NCBI GenBank assembly: GCA_002633005.1
Contig: NMRA01000045.1
Span: 71,870-135,869, forward strand
Length of the DNA: 64,000 bases
DNA from: Phoronis australis
Taxonomy: Eukaryota > Animalia > Phoronida
Direction of reading: 5' to 3'
Shown here: positions 12,200-24,900 of the stretch, one piece after another
Position numbering within the stretch: position 1 is the first letter of the stretch
Layout: each line of letters begins with the position of its first letter
The notes under the pieces: model-generated
Databases searched by the model: none
Seen by the model: only the letters and a program-made list of their open reading frames with translations
Told to the model about the DNA's origin: nothing
Position numbers and translations under genes: made by a program

Positions 12200-14388
12200 G
12201 GGCAATTCCGTGAAAATGTCAACCTCGAGACAAAAAAATTAAAATTGAGACTATACTAACATAACTGGTCTCATCTGAAAGCTCATTCTCTCTAGTTTCA
12301 GGACCCATGTTTGACTGTCCTATAACTTTCAATTTTTTGCCTAAATGGACTCATTTTGGGGGTCACTTGACCCTAAAAATTAGCTCGATTTTATGTGTTG
12401 CTAGATATTGCCATAAATAAGCCAATTATGGGCATTTCACTATACTATCAAATTTGTGCAATCACATGAAGCCCAAACTTTATAAAAAAATTACATTTCA
12501 ACTTTGGCACATCCTCGACCTCTTGGGGTCAAAGGCCAACTCCTGGATATCATTGTGCCGTACGTCTGTCACAAAAAAGTGCTAAAAAGTTTAGTTACGT
12601 TGAGAGGAGGCAGTGGGGCCTTGTGTGATGGTGCCCGCCTTCTTTACTCGAGGTTGTGGGTTCGAGTCCCACTGGGCCACACTGCTAGACCCGTGAGTCA
12701 GGTTTCTAGCTCCTCAGCTCGGTTTTAACTAAGCACAAAAAATATTTCCAGGTGATCAGTGCAATGGGCCCACATGCGCACATGGTACAACGTGTACCAG
12801 ACCGCCTGCAATTATTTTTTATTATTAGTTACATTGAAAGTTGTCATTCAAAATCAAAATAATTTCAGATTCTCTTTCAACTTGTTATTCAATACTATTG
12901 ACCAAAATTTTAGATCCCAGGGATTATTCAGAAATTGCGTAACAGACGTACGGCAAATTTGTACGTCCGTCACGTACATCCGTCACGTACGTCCGTCACA
13001 CATATGAAATAACAATTTTTCAGTCAATAAAAATAACCTTAGATCTTATTTTTACTTTTTAAACGTGCAGGAGATAAAATGTATCTCACAACTAAGAACC
13101 TTGATTAAATATTACAAAGATAGCTTTAAAATTAAGTAAAGTAGTTGCTACAGATTTAAACTAGATGCATTGGATTTTTGCAATTTCAAAAGTATTTGCA
13201 AAAATGTTATAGTTTACAATGTCACCTAGTTATTCTTAATAGAATTCAACTTTTTAAAATCAGACAGTTGAACCACAATGTAAAATGTAAATAAAACAAA
13301 ATGTTAATAGAATGATCTTCTTATTTTTTGTTGCTACCCCGTGTTTGTAAAGAAATGCTTAGCCTTTGGAAAATTCAAGACGCAAAAATATTCATATTAA
13401 AGAATTCCTAAGGTGCTCTGGAGTTTAAATATATATTTGGTAATGTTTAATGCAAATGGCCACTGAAGTCATGTTACTAATACTTCTAAAACATCACCTT
13501 TACATGGGCATGCATCAGAACTATCAACCAGAGAATAAGTTTGTATAAACTTAGGGTGAGTTCTAATTAAAAAACAATTAATTAAAATGCGTTTTTGTTA
13601 TAATGATGATTAGTAATGTTTTGAACTTTATTTCACATTTTGTAGCTTGACATTATTAGTTTCAAATTAGTATAATTCTACTTAACGCATAAAACAATTT
13701 TCCTGATAACCAACGGGTGTCAAATACAAAATGATTATCACTCTCTTCATCTACATTGCTTGCCATCTTCTAAGGGAAGTGAGGATTTTAGGTGGTTGTC
13801 TTATATCTTTAATCAAATGCATTGAAAAATTGAAATCCAAGAGTAATTTACCAGCATAAGCTTACCTGTGATGATTTCGTGCAAAAGGTCAATCAGTTCA
13901 TGTTGATTGAGAAACTTGGAATTGGTAGCAAAAGACCAGAATACATGTAGCATAAATACTTCAAGATTTTGAGTCGCTCTGAATTGATATCTTAGTCACA
14001 ACAAACAAGTTAATGTTAGAAATTCAGAGCGTACACTCTCTCAACGTTCATCGAGCTGTCTGACAAAAATTTCTTTGGAGATATCATCAAAAAATTAGTG
14101 TGTTATACTTTTCAAACATTCCACTAAATCATCATATAAAACAAAAAAATGGTAACTAAATGCAACTCGCGTCCGTCACACCATAGATTATAGACAACTA
14201 TAGTCTATGGTCACACCCCTTTAAAGGCAATTTTCTCAGTCAGGTGAAGCAATAGGAAAAAGTTGATCCACGTTTTGAAAGCTTTTAAGGAGACCTGTAC
14301 ATTGATGAATTAATTTCCTAGGATGAACATTTTTCGCAACTGATCAAAATGTTTTCTGATTGCACGTCTGTCTCAAGTGGAATTGCCC
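12200..14388. mobile_element. Putative non-autonomous DNA transposon (~2.2 kb, 10-bp TIR GGGCAATTCC)
   Basis: gggcaattcc at 12200 and ggaattgccc at 14379-14388 bound an AT-rich non-coding interior. TSD is ambiguous (tag/cag). Confidence 0.5.
12607..12680 (+). pseudogene. tRNA-derived relic / SINE head
   Basis: Intact T-arm gtggg-ttcgagt-cccac (B box GGTTCGAGTCC); D and anticodon arms degenerate. Confidence 0.5.
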
Positions 14389-14399
14389 AGAAACAAAGA

Positions 14400-14460
14400 C
14401 ACACAACACACGCACACACACACACACGCGCGCGCGCGCGCGCGCACGCAGACGCACATA
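14400..14460. repeat. (CA)n(CG)n alternating purine-pyrimidine microsatellite
   Basis: cacacacacacacacgcgcgcgcgcgcgcgcgcacgca read directly. Confidence 0.9.
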
Positions 14461-14964
14461 TAATGCACTCAGTCAATAGTCGCTTAGTTGTCGACAACAT
14501 GGGTAAAATATAACTACCTTTTTCTTAATCTAGCAAACTGTCCATTCTTTCCAATGCCATGTACGATTAATGTGTGACACTTTGCCTATCTGGAGTGAAA
14601 TTGCTGCTATAAGGGTGGTCAATATAATGTGTAGGAGGAACCTTTGATTCTGAACAACCATGATGACAAATACTCATGTCTGTTTAACATGCAATTAAGT
14701 AAGTTAGTTACTAAGTAAGTAAGTAAGTGCATCATTATATCACTTATTATGCAAATGAACTAACAGCCCCTGGATGGCATTCCCCTAGGTGCATATTTTC
14801 AGCTGTCTTTCGTATTGGATAGAACAATTTCTACATGTTATTAGGTAAATGATATTGTTGGTGGTGCAGTCAGAATAATGTTTTATTTCGAAGTATTCAT
14901 TGGTTTGAGAACATTGGAAGAAAGTATTGCCGTTGATAAAGTTACATATTACATGGGCGAATCA

Positions 14965-15222
14965 CAAAGTAGAGCAAAGTAGAAATCCATACGCCTTGCG
15001 TTTTATCGTCTGCAAAACAACGAAACACGCGGCAACCAAACAGTGCCGAGAAGGTGACAATGTTATGATTGACAAAACGGGTCTCGCAAATGTACGTACT
15101 CCCAGTCGGAAGGACATGCAAACAACTTCTTAAACGGACACATCTTCGGCAGCGAATTCCATATCCAGGTTCACTGAAACGGAGACGAACCCCTACTCAT
15201 GAATTTACGCCGTGAGACTGTC
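14965..15222. repeat. ~260-bp dispersed direct repeat, copy 1 (copy 2 at ~18357-18612)
   Basis: Shared blocks gcaaagtagaaatccatac, tgtacgtactcccagtcggaaggacatgcaaacaacttcttaaac, aacggagacga and gagactgtc. Confidence 0.8.
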
Positions 15223-16315
15223 TTGCTTTGCTCTCGCACATGACCTGGAATGTGTTACGACACGACTGGTTCATTACATCGAGTACGTAATTTTTTTGAT
15301 ATTACAGGAGGAAATTACATTTTTCATAATTTTATTCTTCAACAGTATACACTTATATTTTTTATAATTTTTAAAGGGGGAACAAGGAAAAGGGGTAACG
15401 ACTTTCACTCACACACGCACACTCATACACTCATTCACACTCTTCATCATTTGATAATAATATCATGAAACAATATATGAATTTAATATATTACAGATCC
15501 ATTGCATGGCAGCACTGAGGCTTTCCCAAATTCTAATATTAATGTTTTCAGGTTCCTTTGTTTTTGAAAATTAAATGAAGTAATTTTACATATTTTCACA
15601 TGAATAACTTAAAGGCAGACCAATCTGGATGCAACTGCTTTTGGCTATGTAAATAAATCAAATATTGGGCGACAGTGATAACATAATTAATAATCATAGA
15701 GAATTCAGAACTTAAATGGCAAAACATGAATTCATTGTTGGTTATTCTGACATCTTCCTTAAGGGAAGATATCAAAATATCCTGAACTTTAATCAGCAAT
15801 CTTTGCACTACGTCACAATGGAAAAACATGTGTTCAATATTCTAGATTACAGTAGGGACACTTATCTGAAGTAACAATCTTCATCTTATATAACTAAGAG
15901 TTAGTATACACTCTGTTATGTAACAACATATACTTAAAAGATTTAATGCATGGATCGACGGGAAGTGTAAAAGGCAAGGAATAATTTTTGGATATCTTGT
16001 TTCGAGTAATGATGCAACAATTTTTCATAAGTGTCTGTTTTTTTGCAATACTTTTGTAGCAAAATACTCTTGATTTTTTCTTTTGCAATTTTATCATAAT
16101 CTCAGCAAATTTTATTGCTGCAACCAACGAATCGGTGATGACCTTGATCAATTTTTCTAGATAAAGTAGTACATATTGAATTATAACTCAGAATTTAAAA
16201 ATCTTTCAAGTTATATTTTGCCTTGAGCACCTCCCTAGATAAAAGCTTATTTTCAGCATCAAGTAAGTCATTGATGAAACATAGCCCATTCTTAGCGAAC
16301 TCTTTACAATATAGC

Positions 16316-17244
16316 CATAGGCGGATTTAGGGGGGGGCCAGGGGGCCCGACCCCCCCCCCCCCTCTTGGCTGCCGCCAAAAAAATAAAACAGTAAGAGCG
16401 TAGGGAAATGGTGAGTTTATTAATTAACCCCGGTAATTAAAATTATACGGATGAAAACAGATTTAAATGTGTGCAGTTTTAGTGTTTGGGGGGGGGCTCA
16501 AACCCAATTTCAATTGTCAAATTCGGAACACTGCGCAATCGTAACGGAACTGTGGCTAAGTATAGTAGGCTCTCCCGCAATATCCCAGGCGACGGGCAGT
16601 GGCGCTGCGCACTACGACTCCATTTTCGTTGTCTGCTCCACTGTGCAATGAAGAAAATTTACTTCATTTTTTAAAGAGAATGGAACCTGAGTGATGATGA
16701 AAAAACAGAAGCTGCTGGTAAGGTGTGAATTTTAATCGAAGCCTTAGTGAATCACTCAGAAACTCGCAATACTCTCTTTGTCAAACCTTATCTTAAGACG
16801 ATTTCCAAAGCAATCCCATCATTATTGCCAACACGAAAAACGGATTTGGTCTTTTGGGCATTTGAAGACTATTTTAAATACGACAAATTTGTTAAGAATT
16901 GATGGCACAAAATATAAAACGTATAGCATTACGAAAAGAAGTAGGTTTCGCGCGCAAACGCTGTGGACCATAATCAAGTAGGTCTTTTAGTATGAGCGCA
17001 GCAGTTAAGTCGTGGTGGTGTAGTGGTAACGTACGCGCTTTCTATGCGCTAGGTCGTGAGTTCGAATCTTTGGTACGTTCAGTTTTTCCTGTTTGACACG
17101 TTCTCCGTGTGTTTTTTTTTTTCCCCTCCCGACCTCCCCCCATTCGGTGCTATGCGCATCTACTATCGTGGCTCAGTTTGCGCAAATGCTTACAGCCGGA
17201 CAAAATGTTGGGCCCCCCCCTGTGATATCCTAGATCCGCCACTG
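16316..17244. mobile_element. 929-bp non-autonomous element of the CAG..CTG family inserted in the LINE, perfect 5-bp TSD ATAGC
   Basis: atagc|cataggcggatttagg ... cctagatccgccactg|atagc. Confidence 0.85.
17009..17080 (+). pseudogene. tRNA-like sequence (Arg-TCT-like pseudo-tRNA / SINE head) inside the 16316-17244 element
   Basis: A box tggtgtagtgg, anticodon arm gcgc-tttctat-gcgc, B box gagttcgaatc; acceptor and T stems poorly paired. Confidence 0.55.
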
Positions 17245-18162
17245 ATAGCGACTTATTATTAAGTGTTAATATCTATGTTATGACATAAAATCTGATCACA
17301 AAGGGGCACATCTTTAAAAGCATTATGATTCAACTGCTCATTCACCTACATAACTTCTCTATAAAAAACTTCATTTACCGTTGTAAACGGTTTGCGTACT
17401 TTAAAATTACATGACTATAAGAGTTCACCACCGTAACTCTTGAGGATATATTGTGGATAAAACTTCCAACTTCCACTTTCAGGAGACTTGGGTTTTTTAA
17501 CCCTTTTGACTAAAAGACCTTCCTTTATAAGGGTCATGTCAGGGACTTTTAAACCATCGTCTTTATAAGAGGCCATTGCAATGCTTTTCTTTATTTTAGG
17601 TTGTTTCCCTACCCAAGTAAAATCATTTAAAATTTTGTGTATTCTTTTGCACAAATCCCTTGCCAATCCAAGGACAGATATAACATGAATCAATTTGGAT
17701 AGCGCAAAAGCTTTATTTATGACAATTCTTCCCTTAATTATTAATTTTCTTGTTCTCCAAATATTTAGAACTTTCCTAAGTTACAAAAAAAATTCTTCAA
17801 AATTTTACCTATTTTTTCTTTTTCATAGTTACCGAAGTAAACGCCCCGACATTTGATGTTTCTTTTTTGCCAATTTATATCATACATTTTCTTTTAAGTT
17901 CAGACTGGTGGCCTAAAAACATTCCTTCTCATTTTCGCTTATTTAATTTAAGACCAGACACGTCGCCAAGTCTTGTGAGAAATTTAACGCATTCTGTTCC
18001 GGACATTTCATCCTGAATAAATAAAATTGTATCATCAGCATACTGGCCTATTTTGACTTCATGTCCATCAATACACAATATTTTGATTAAGGGGTTATTT
18101 CTAATGTAATGACTCATGAACTCCACACAGTACATTGTATAAACAGTTGACTACTTAAGGGG

Positions 18163-18305
18163 CAGTGCTGTAGTGGTAAGTAGGCGCCCAAAGCCCACCG
18201 TATCACCTTGAGCACTGAACCTAACTTACGGTGCGTAGGCGCTACGTTCAAATGCCAAAAGGTGGTTGGCTGCGCCTACGTGCGCCTAGCCCCACTACTG
18301 CGCTG
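18163..18305. mobile_element. 143-bp MITE inserted in the LINE RT
   Basis: TIR cagtgctgtagtgg / ccactactgcgctg; taagggg is repeated on both sides. Confidence 0.65.
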
Positions 18306-18356
18306 TAGTAAGGGGTCCCCTTGACGAAGGCCTCTCTTAACATTAAAATAACCATG

Positions 18357-18612
18357 AAGTAGTGCAAAGTAGAAATCCATACTGCTTACATTTTATCGTC
18401 GGTTCTCAAAACACTAAAACAACTAAACGCAACTAATTCCGAGATGGTGATAAGGTTGTGATTGACAAATCAGGTGTCGCATCTGTACGTACTCCCAGTC
18501 GGAAGGACATGCAAACAACTTCTTAAACAGACCCATTTTTGGCGACGAAATCCATATCCGCGTTCATTCAAACGGAGACGAGCCCCACCTCGAGGAACGC
18601 GGCGAGACTGTC
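18357..18612. repeat. ~260-bp dispersed direct repeat, copy 2
   Basis: Aligns by eye to 14965-15222 with scattered substitutions. Confidence 0.8.
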
Positions 18613-19195
18613 ACTAGAAAAGGTCAATTCAGTGCTCACGCGCGGGCGGGAAAGCTTTGCTGGCTTGTTTATCAACATGTTTTAAGTTTTAATATTACTT
18701 CAAAGACTATGTATTAAAGTCTTCCTTGAATATTTGCTGCGAAAGCTGAATGCAATTTCAAATTGGTAAGCTTGAAGTAAAACTATTAACAAATAGTACC
18801 TGAATTACTTTAAATTGCGCAAGCATGTTTTTACAAAAGTTGCGTCATGTGGTTGAAAGTTTTAGACACGTCAAGTTTTTCGGCAAATACCTCAGGATTT
18901 TGACGAAATTTCCAAGCGGTTGTGCCCATGTCATAAATCTGAGACTCGTGTAGGATTCTCTATTTCTGATACTATGGGTAATCATTTCAATTCCAAAATC
19001 GTAATCTACAAGATCTTTATGTACAAATAACAGAAAAACTCCAATACCCCAGTAACCCTCACAGACTCAAAAGAGAACAATTTTGGATAGATAAGCTTAA
19101 CACATTTGAACCCAGTGAATTAAACATAAAGACTTATAATTATCCTTTAATTTTTTCGCACAAAATCTATCATTTTTACTACGCCAAATATCATA

Positions 19196-19330
19196 TGTAG
19201 TAGTAGTAGTCAGAGAGTAGTAGTGGTAGTTGTAGTAGTGGTAGTGGTGGTAGTGGTGGTGGTGGTGGTGGTGGTGGTGGTGGTGGTGGTGGTGGTGGTG
19301 GTGGTGGTGGTGGTGGCGGGGACGGTAGTA
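19196..19330. repeat. (GTG)n/(GTA)n trinucleotide microsatellite
   Basis: About 20 perfect GGT units flanked by GTA/GTG variants. Confidence 0.95.
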
Positions 19331-20420
19331 GCACGGTTGGTAAAGCCTTGTGCTTGTAGAGGCGTGCGTTAGTTGGACGAGAGCATCAATCATAACAGCG
19401 TAAAGGGTCTACGGCTCCAGTGTCCAAAAAAGACAAAAACAGCTTTTGAGAAACAGCCCATGGTCTTCCCTGGGCAACGTTTTTATTAATGTTTAGTGAT
19501 CATCTAATTTATTTATTGCTGCACTGACTGCACTGGTATATCATTTTAGTAAAAAAATCAAACGTGGTAAGATGGTTCGACTTCTTGTCAACACAATGGG
19601 TCGTCTTTTGACTTCGACGTTAACAGCTCAGACCAACTGAATAAACTTCTGAATTAGCAATTAGCAACATTCAAATTTTATTGAGTCTCAGAAGATTATT
19701 TTTACAGAAACATTGAAACACAAACACGTATGTGATACGCGTTCAAAAATCCTCCATTTTGTTGCTACCAAATAATTCTTTCCAGAGTAAATCGCCTTCT
19801 TCTGACAAATATTTTTTTTTTGATTTAAGTTAATCACTTTATTTCACTGATAGATTTTTAAGTCCTAGTGCCTCCGATCTGTCGACTGACAGACTGACAG
19901 CCGGGGGACCACGGCAGTTCAGTCCGGGTCAAATAAGTTTGGAGATTACCACACGGTGTCGCTGGTTGTCGCTTCTGTTCATCTCGTACGTTAATATTAA
20001 TCGAAATCATATTTTCGATGGTCCTAACTCACCAACGCCCGGGCAATTAGGAAGCAAAACAGAGATCACTGTTCAACTTTTTCAACACGAACATCCGTCT
20101 GACTGGCTACTTGTTCACTACTTCGTGAGGTTAGTAACAGTAACCGACCGATTTTAGGGTCATTATCTTGTATTTGCACAAAGTAACTCCACCCACTTTG
20201 CATGGAGGGTGGCTCAGAGCTGCTGAGGCGAAGGCGTGACATTCGACTCGATGATCGATCGTAATGTTTGTGAACTCCTCGACTATGTTTTCAGATGTTG
20301 TGTTTGAGTGATGGACAATGACAACTATCGGCTGTCTCAACTGGGCCAACAAAGATGATTCAGATTTGGACATCTCACAGACCCTCCGCACACCTCAAGC
20401 TTTTTAATTATACCGTTACC

Positions 20421-21176
20421 ATTGGAGCATAAGGACACATTTTGTGTCCTTGGGCCGTCTATGTCTTTTAAAAGTTTTCAGCCTTCCAAACAAACACTTT
20501 GCCTTTGGATAACTAAGGTTTCTTTCAGATACATCTCTTGTTTGTCAACAAAATCATAGGTAAATAACATTTAAAGATGAATATTATACATTTTTAAGCC
20601 TTATTAGATGCTTAGAACATGTTATAATGAAGCCATCATTTACGGTAGTACCTATAAGTTNACATGAGGCCTTCTTGATTTTCGATTTGTCGTGAATGTT
20701 GAGGATTGAACTAGGAAGATCTGGAGGTATTTATGATATTTATTGGTTTCGATGTGAACAAATAGAAGCAATGAACGTGTTGCTGTCGCAGATAAAATGT
20801 TTGAGTGAAATTACTCTCAGATTTGACGTGCTTGGGTTACTCCGGAAGTGGCCGGCAGACGTCCATATTGAATGTCAGTTGTGTACCTTTCTCTTTATTA
20901 TGTTATATTGTAGAGGGCTACTTAAAGGTGCCTGTGATTGGAGCATAAGGACACATTTTGTGTCCTTGGGCCGTCTATGTCTTTTAAAAGTTTTCAGCCT
21001 TCCAAACAAACACTTTGCCTTTGGGTAACTAAGGTTTCTTTCAGATACATCTCTTGTTTGTCAACAAAATCATAGGTAAATAACATTTAAAGATGAATAT
21101 TATACATTTTTAAGCCTTATTAGATGCTTAGAACATGTTATAATGAAGCCATCATTTACGGTAGTACCTATAAGTT
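20421..21176. repeat. Near-identical ~240-bp duplication (20421-20660 and 20938-21176) either side of an N
   Basis: Copies differ at one position I could see (ggataact/gggtaact). Copy 1 ends exactly at the ambiguous base 20661. Confidence 0.9.
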
Positions 21177-21788
21177 AACCCAAGCGAAATCTGTAGGCGA
21201 AAAAATGATCACTTGTCACAAGCTGGAGCCAAGTGATACTCTGCCATTTTAGATTTGCCACTAAATCGGAAATGAGATTCATTGAGACATTAAGGAATGA
21301 TTGAGACCTACTGCTAGTATTCGAATGGACTAAGCGTGTTTTACTGGAAGTAATTAACCCTTAAATTGTATAAACGTAACAACAAACATGCAATATCAAA
21401 CTATAACATTAAATTGCTGTAGGAAAATTGTGACAACTTGAGAAAGTATTGAATACTAATTTAGACAGGGAAAAACTGATACCAGTGGTTTCGGAGTCTT
21501 TGTTAGCTGGCTGACAGTCAACAACGAATGATGACCTATTTCTTATAGGATACCACCTGGTGACGAAATAACCTCAGAAAGAAAACGTGGTATGTTACCA
21601 AATGGTATGACATAAGTATTAATGAGTTTAAAGTAAAAGTGAAGAGTTTTCATTCACCCTGAAGCATTCATATAACCCACTACTGGCCGAGCCCGACTGC
21701 CTGGCCGCAGACATCAGTGCTCTGCAATGCAGGATGAACACATTAATTAGTTCCGTGGGCCTTGAACAGCTGAAATTTGTGCGACCAT

Positions 21789-21937
21789 CAGGGGCAGATC
21801 CAGGATTTTGTGTTAGGGGGGGCCAGGGCAGAGTATTATCCAGGCTTTTTCCCGTCATACATTTGCACTCCCGAACTGCCAAATGTAATCTGGGAGAATT
21901 TTAGGGGAGCCATGGCCCCCTTCTAAATCCGCCACTG
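21789..21937. mobile_element. MITE, CAG..CTG family, perfect 5-bp TSD ACCAT
   Basis: accat|caggggcagatccagg ... aaatccgccactg|accat. Confidence 0.85.
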
Positions 21938-24900
21938 ACCATGCTCCTAACTCTATTATATTTTTCCATTGCCGACATTCAGCTCATTGGTGCTACGCAG
22001 TTCACTACATTCCCATTCCCCCACCCCTGATTGCAGAATTTTTATTTTTACGCAACAGAGGTGTTGATTGTAAATTTTATCAATTTTTAAAATATGTTTC
22101 TCCAATAATTGAAAATTAAATTCAGTTTAGCAAGTACTGTATTTTAATTAATTTTCTTGCTGTAGTGACTCACATGAGTTGGCAACTGCCACGGAAACTT
22201 TGCCAGTTGATGTGTCCAGGCAGAAAAAATCGAGCACAGTTGTGCGTTGCTGCAGCTCAGGTGAGGAGCGCTCTGTTTTGAGATAAAAGAAGATTTTTTG
22301 TTGAAACATGACCATGTGTGGATGTTCTTTTCCACTTAACTTGTACGTTTTTAACGGCCAGCAATGCCACTGCCGAATTGCTGCCATGTTACGAAATGCA
22401 CTGTCGGTAATGACGCAGCAATTGCTGGTAAAATTTTGTCATCTCTTTCACGATATGGCAATAAAGAAAAGACATTTGCCAATCTAGAAAGGTTTTCCCT
22501 CTAATTTATTACCACTACGGGTACTGTTGCTGAAATTTGACGTACCCTCGCGATGAGTCAAGACACCTCAGTAGCCCGAGTGTTGCCGGTGTTGGATATG
22601 CAATGTAATCACAAACTTATGATTGCACTGAATACCTCTCATTATATGCAAAGGACGGATAAAATTGGAACAATAGACAATCAAATCTGTATATTCAAAG
22701 AACCAACATAAGAATCAAAAACAAACAAGCAAAATAGCATTTACGCTCACGATGAAGTCAATACGTTTTCAAAAACAACATAACCGTCATTCAGGAATCA
22801 TTCCTTATGCACATGGAATTTGGGTCACAGGAAGAGTCGATGATTTTTTGATCTCGGCCGAGGTACAAAATTGCGCTTAAAGGGGCTTTTACTGGTAGTT
22901 TGGTAACAGAAAAAAGGTAAACATTATACCATGCTACATATTGCTAATTTGTTGTGTATATCATGTTGTTTTAGCTAGATTAACCCTTTGTGATAAGGAC
23001 TTGAAATGACACAAAATACTTGATGTATCATGTTGCTAGTGTCACGCTTAAGACATTTGTAAACGATAAATCTTATCAAATTTTTGTGTTCAAGCATAAC
23101 TATGCCTTCAGAATACTAAAGCGTAAAAATTTGTCACCTCTTGGGTCATTTCTTGGCTGATAGATTAACCTTTGAACTACCGTAATGTCTGACTTGTGTA
23201 GAACAGTGCAGAATTTTATGATATTTTTTTGTTATTTTTTATCAAATTTGTAAACGTATAAATACAAACAATGAATATTAAGGACATCCTGCCAGTTTGA
23301 AGTCCGTTGAACTTTCGGATTTGCCGCCACTTTGCTGTGTTTACCAAATCAGGGGCCAGCCCGTTTTGTTTACACACGTACTTGGCACAAACCTAATCGG
23401 GCTGATTAGTCTTACCTGGTGTTTATTAATGAGATATCTACCTTAGTTTTGTCTTGATTGATGTGTAATCCATGCGCAGCTGTTAAGTATCCTTACATGT
23501 TCGAGTCCCTTGAAGTGATAACCTTCTGATAGAATTGTTTGCCGAGTTACGAACTGGAGGTTTATGAGTGACTTAATTAAATTTGATTCGGGCATAGATG
23601 AATTGTAGTTTGCCGAATTTCAATTGTGTGTACATGGATATCAGTTGCAGGTGCTATTCGATTGTTGTTTAAATGTGTGCTCTGAATATTCATTCGGTAA
23701 GGCCCATCACTTCAAACTGCTGCCCTGCAAACCCACGTTTCTTTACTCCTGATGAAGCTTGTCTCTAACTCTTCCTTTCTGGGATGAGAAGTGGTTTCGG
23801 AGCGCTAAAGAACTGTCAGTTGATTTTTGTTTGAGACCATGCCATTAGAATAAATTTCGTAAGACTTCTCATGTTGCAATGAATTGTCAGTTTTTACCAA
23901 ACCCAGGAATCACCTCGGTTTGAGTATGAAGCAAGCCGAATCCAATTACAGTTAGCGGCCAAGATCAAAACTGTTTTTGCATTTTGATGAAAGTCCAACT
24001 TCATACGTTTTTCGGATTTCAAAAATTCTTATTCCATGGCACGTTTTAGTTGTGTAAACCTGCCACTGCATATTAGCAGACTGATATGTCTTCCTTCAAG
24101 GCATCACTTCAGCAGGTTTAGTTGTATAATCATACTTTAATCACCAGGCTATTGATCTGGTCAGCCTTTTATTGGAAGAAGAGATTATGGTGTTGCTTTT
24201 CAGTGCAATACTCTTTAACAGGCAGGTATTTCCTTTGTAGTGTGCTTTGATGCCTCCAGGGCCTTATCTCCTTTTGAGTGGTTTGAAAGACCAAAGGATC
24301 AGTTTAATATGATGGTATTTTATTATTATGTAGCAGTTTCTTAGGAGGTACGATATTGACAAAAGACTTTTGATGGAACGTGTCTGTACGGTGTTGGAAG
24401 TTTTGGCAGTTTCCTAGATATATACCGGTAGGTAAATGCAAAAACAATAGTTGTTTCAGTTTAGCTGGTCTTTCAATCAGTTTTGGCTGGTTGTCGCTCC
24501 AGATGCAATTTGGCTGTGCTGTTGCAGTCTAATACATTTGTTTGCAGTAAAATCCCATCAGTTTATGATACAATATGTTGGACCTTTTTTGGTTAATGGT
24601 ACGTGTAGTATATGTTTACCTACATGTACCTTACAATGTGTACAAAAGGCGGTGACCGAAATTTCACCTATTTACACCAGAATTGACCATGCCTCAATCT
24701 TCAGAATCAAGAAAATTCAATTCCTGCTGGAATATTGGTGTCTTAAATTTTATAGACTGTTTCAAATTGGGAATTGTAATGTAGTATATGCCATGGCTAC
24801 ATGGTATAGCATTTCCTACATTACATTACGCAGTTAGTGACAACTTCTACCTTGCTCTAGATATCGGATGCCTGTGTAGGCGCTCCTCGTAAAGTAGGAC

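Larger units (their letters stand above)
15290..18355 (-). mobile_element. 5'-truncated, degraded L1/Tx1-clade LINE ORF2
   Basis: Minus-strand RGLRQGDP (~18312-18336), IRNNPLIK..KIGQYADDTILF..SGLKLN (17929-18135) and FTWVGKQPKIK..DDGLKVPD (17415-17693). Many stops; two DNA elements inserted. Confidence 0.85.

Noticed and set aside
17009-17080. Functional tRNA-Arg(TCT) gene
   Set aside because: Acceptor and T stems do not pair properly; kept only as a pseudo-tRNA.
19097-19393. Poly-His ORF on the minus strand
   Set aside because: It is the translation of a (GTG)n microsatellite, with no splice or coding context.
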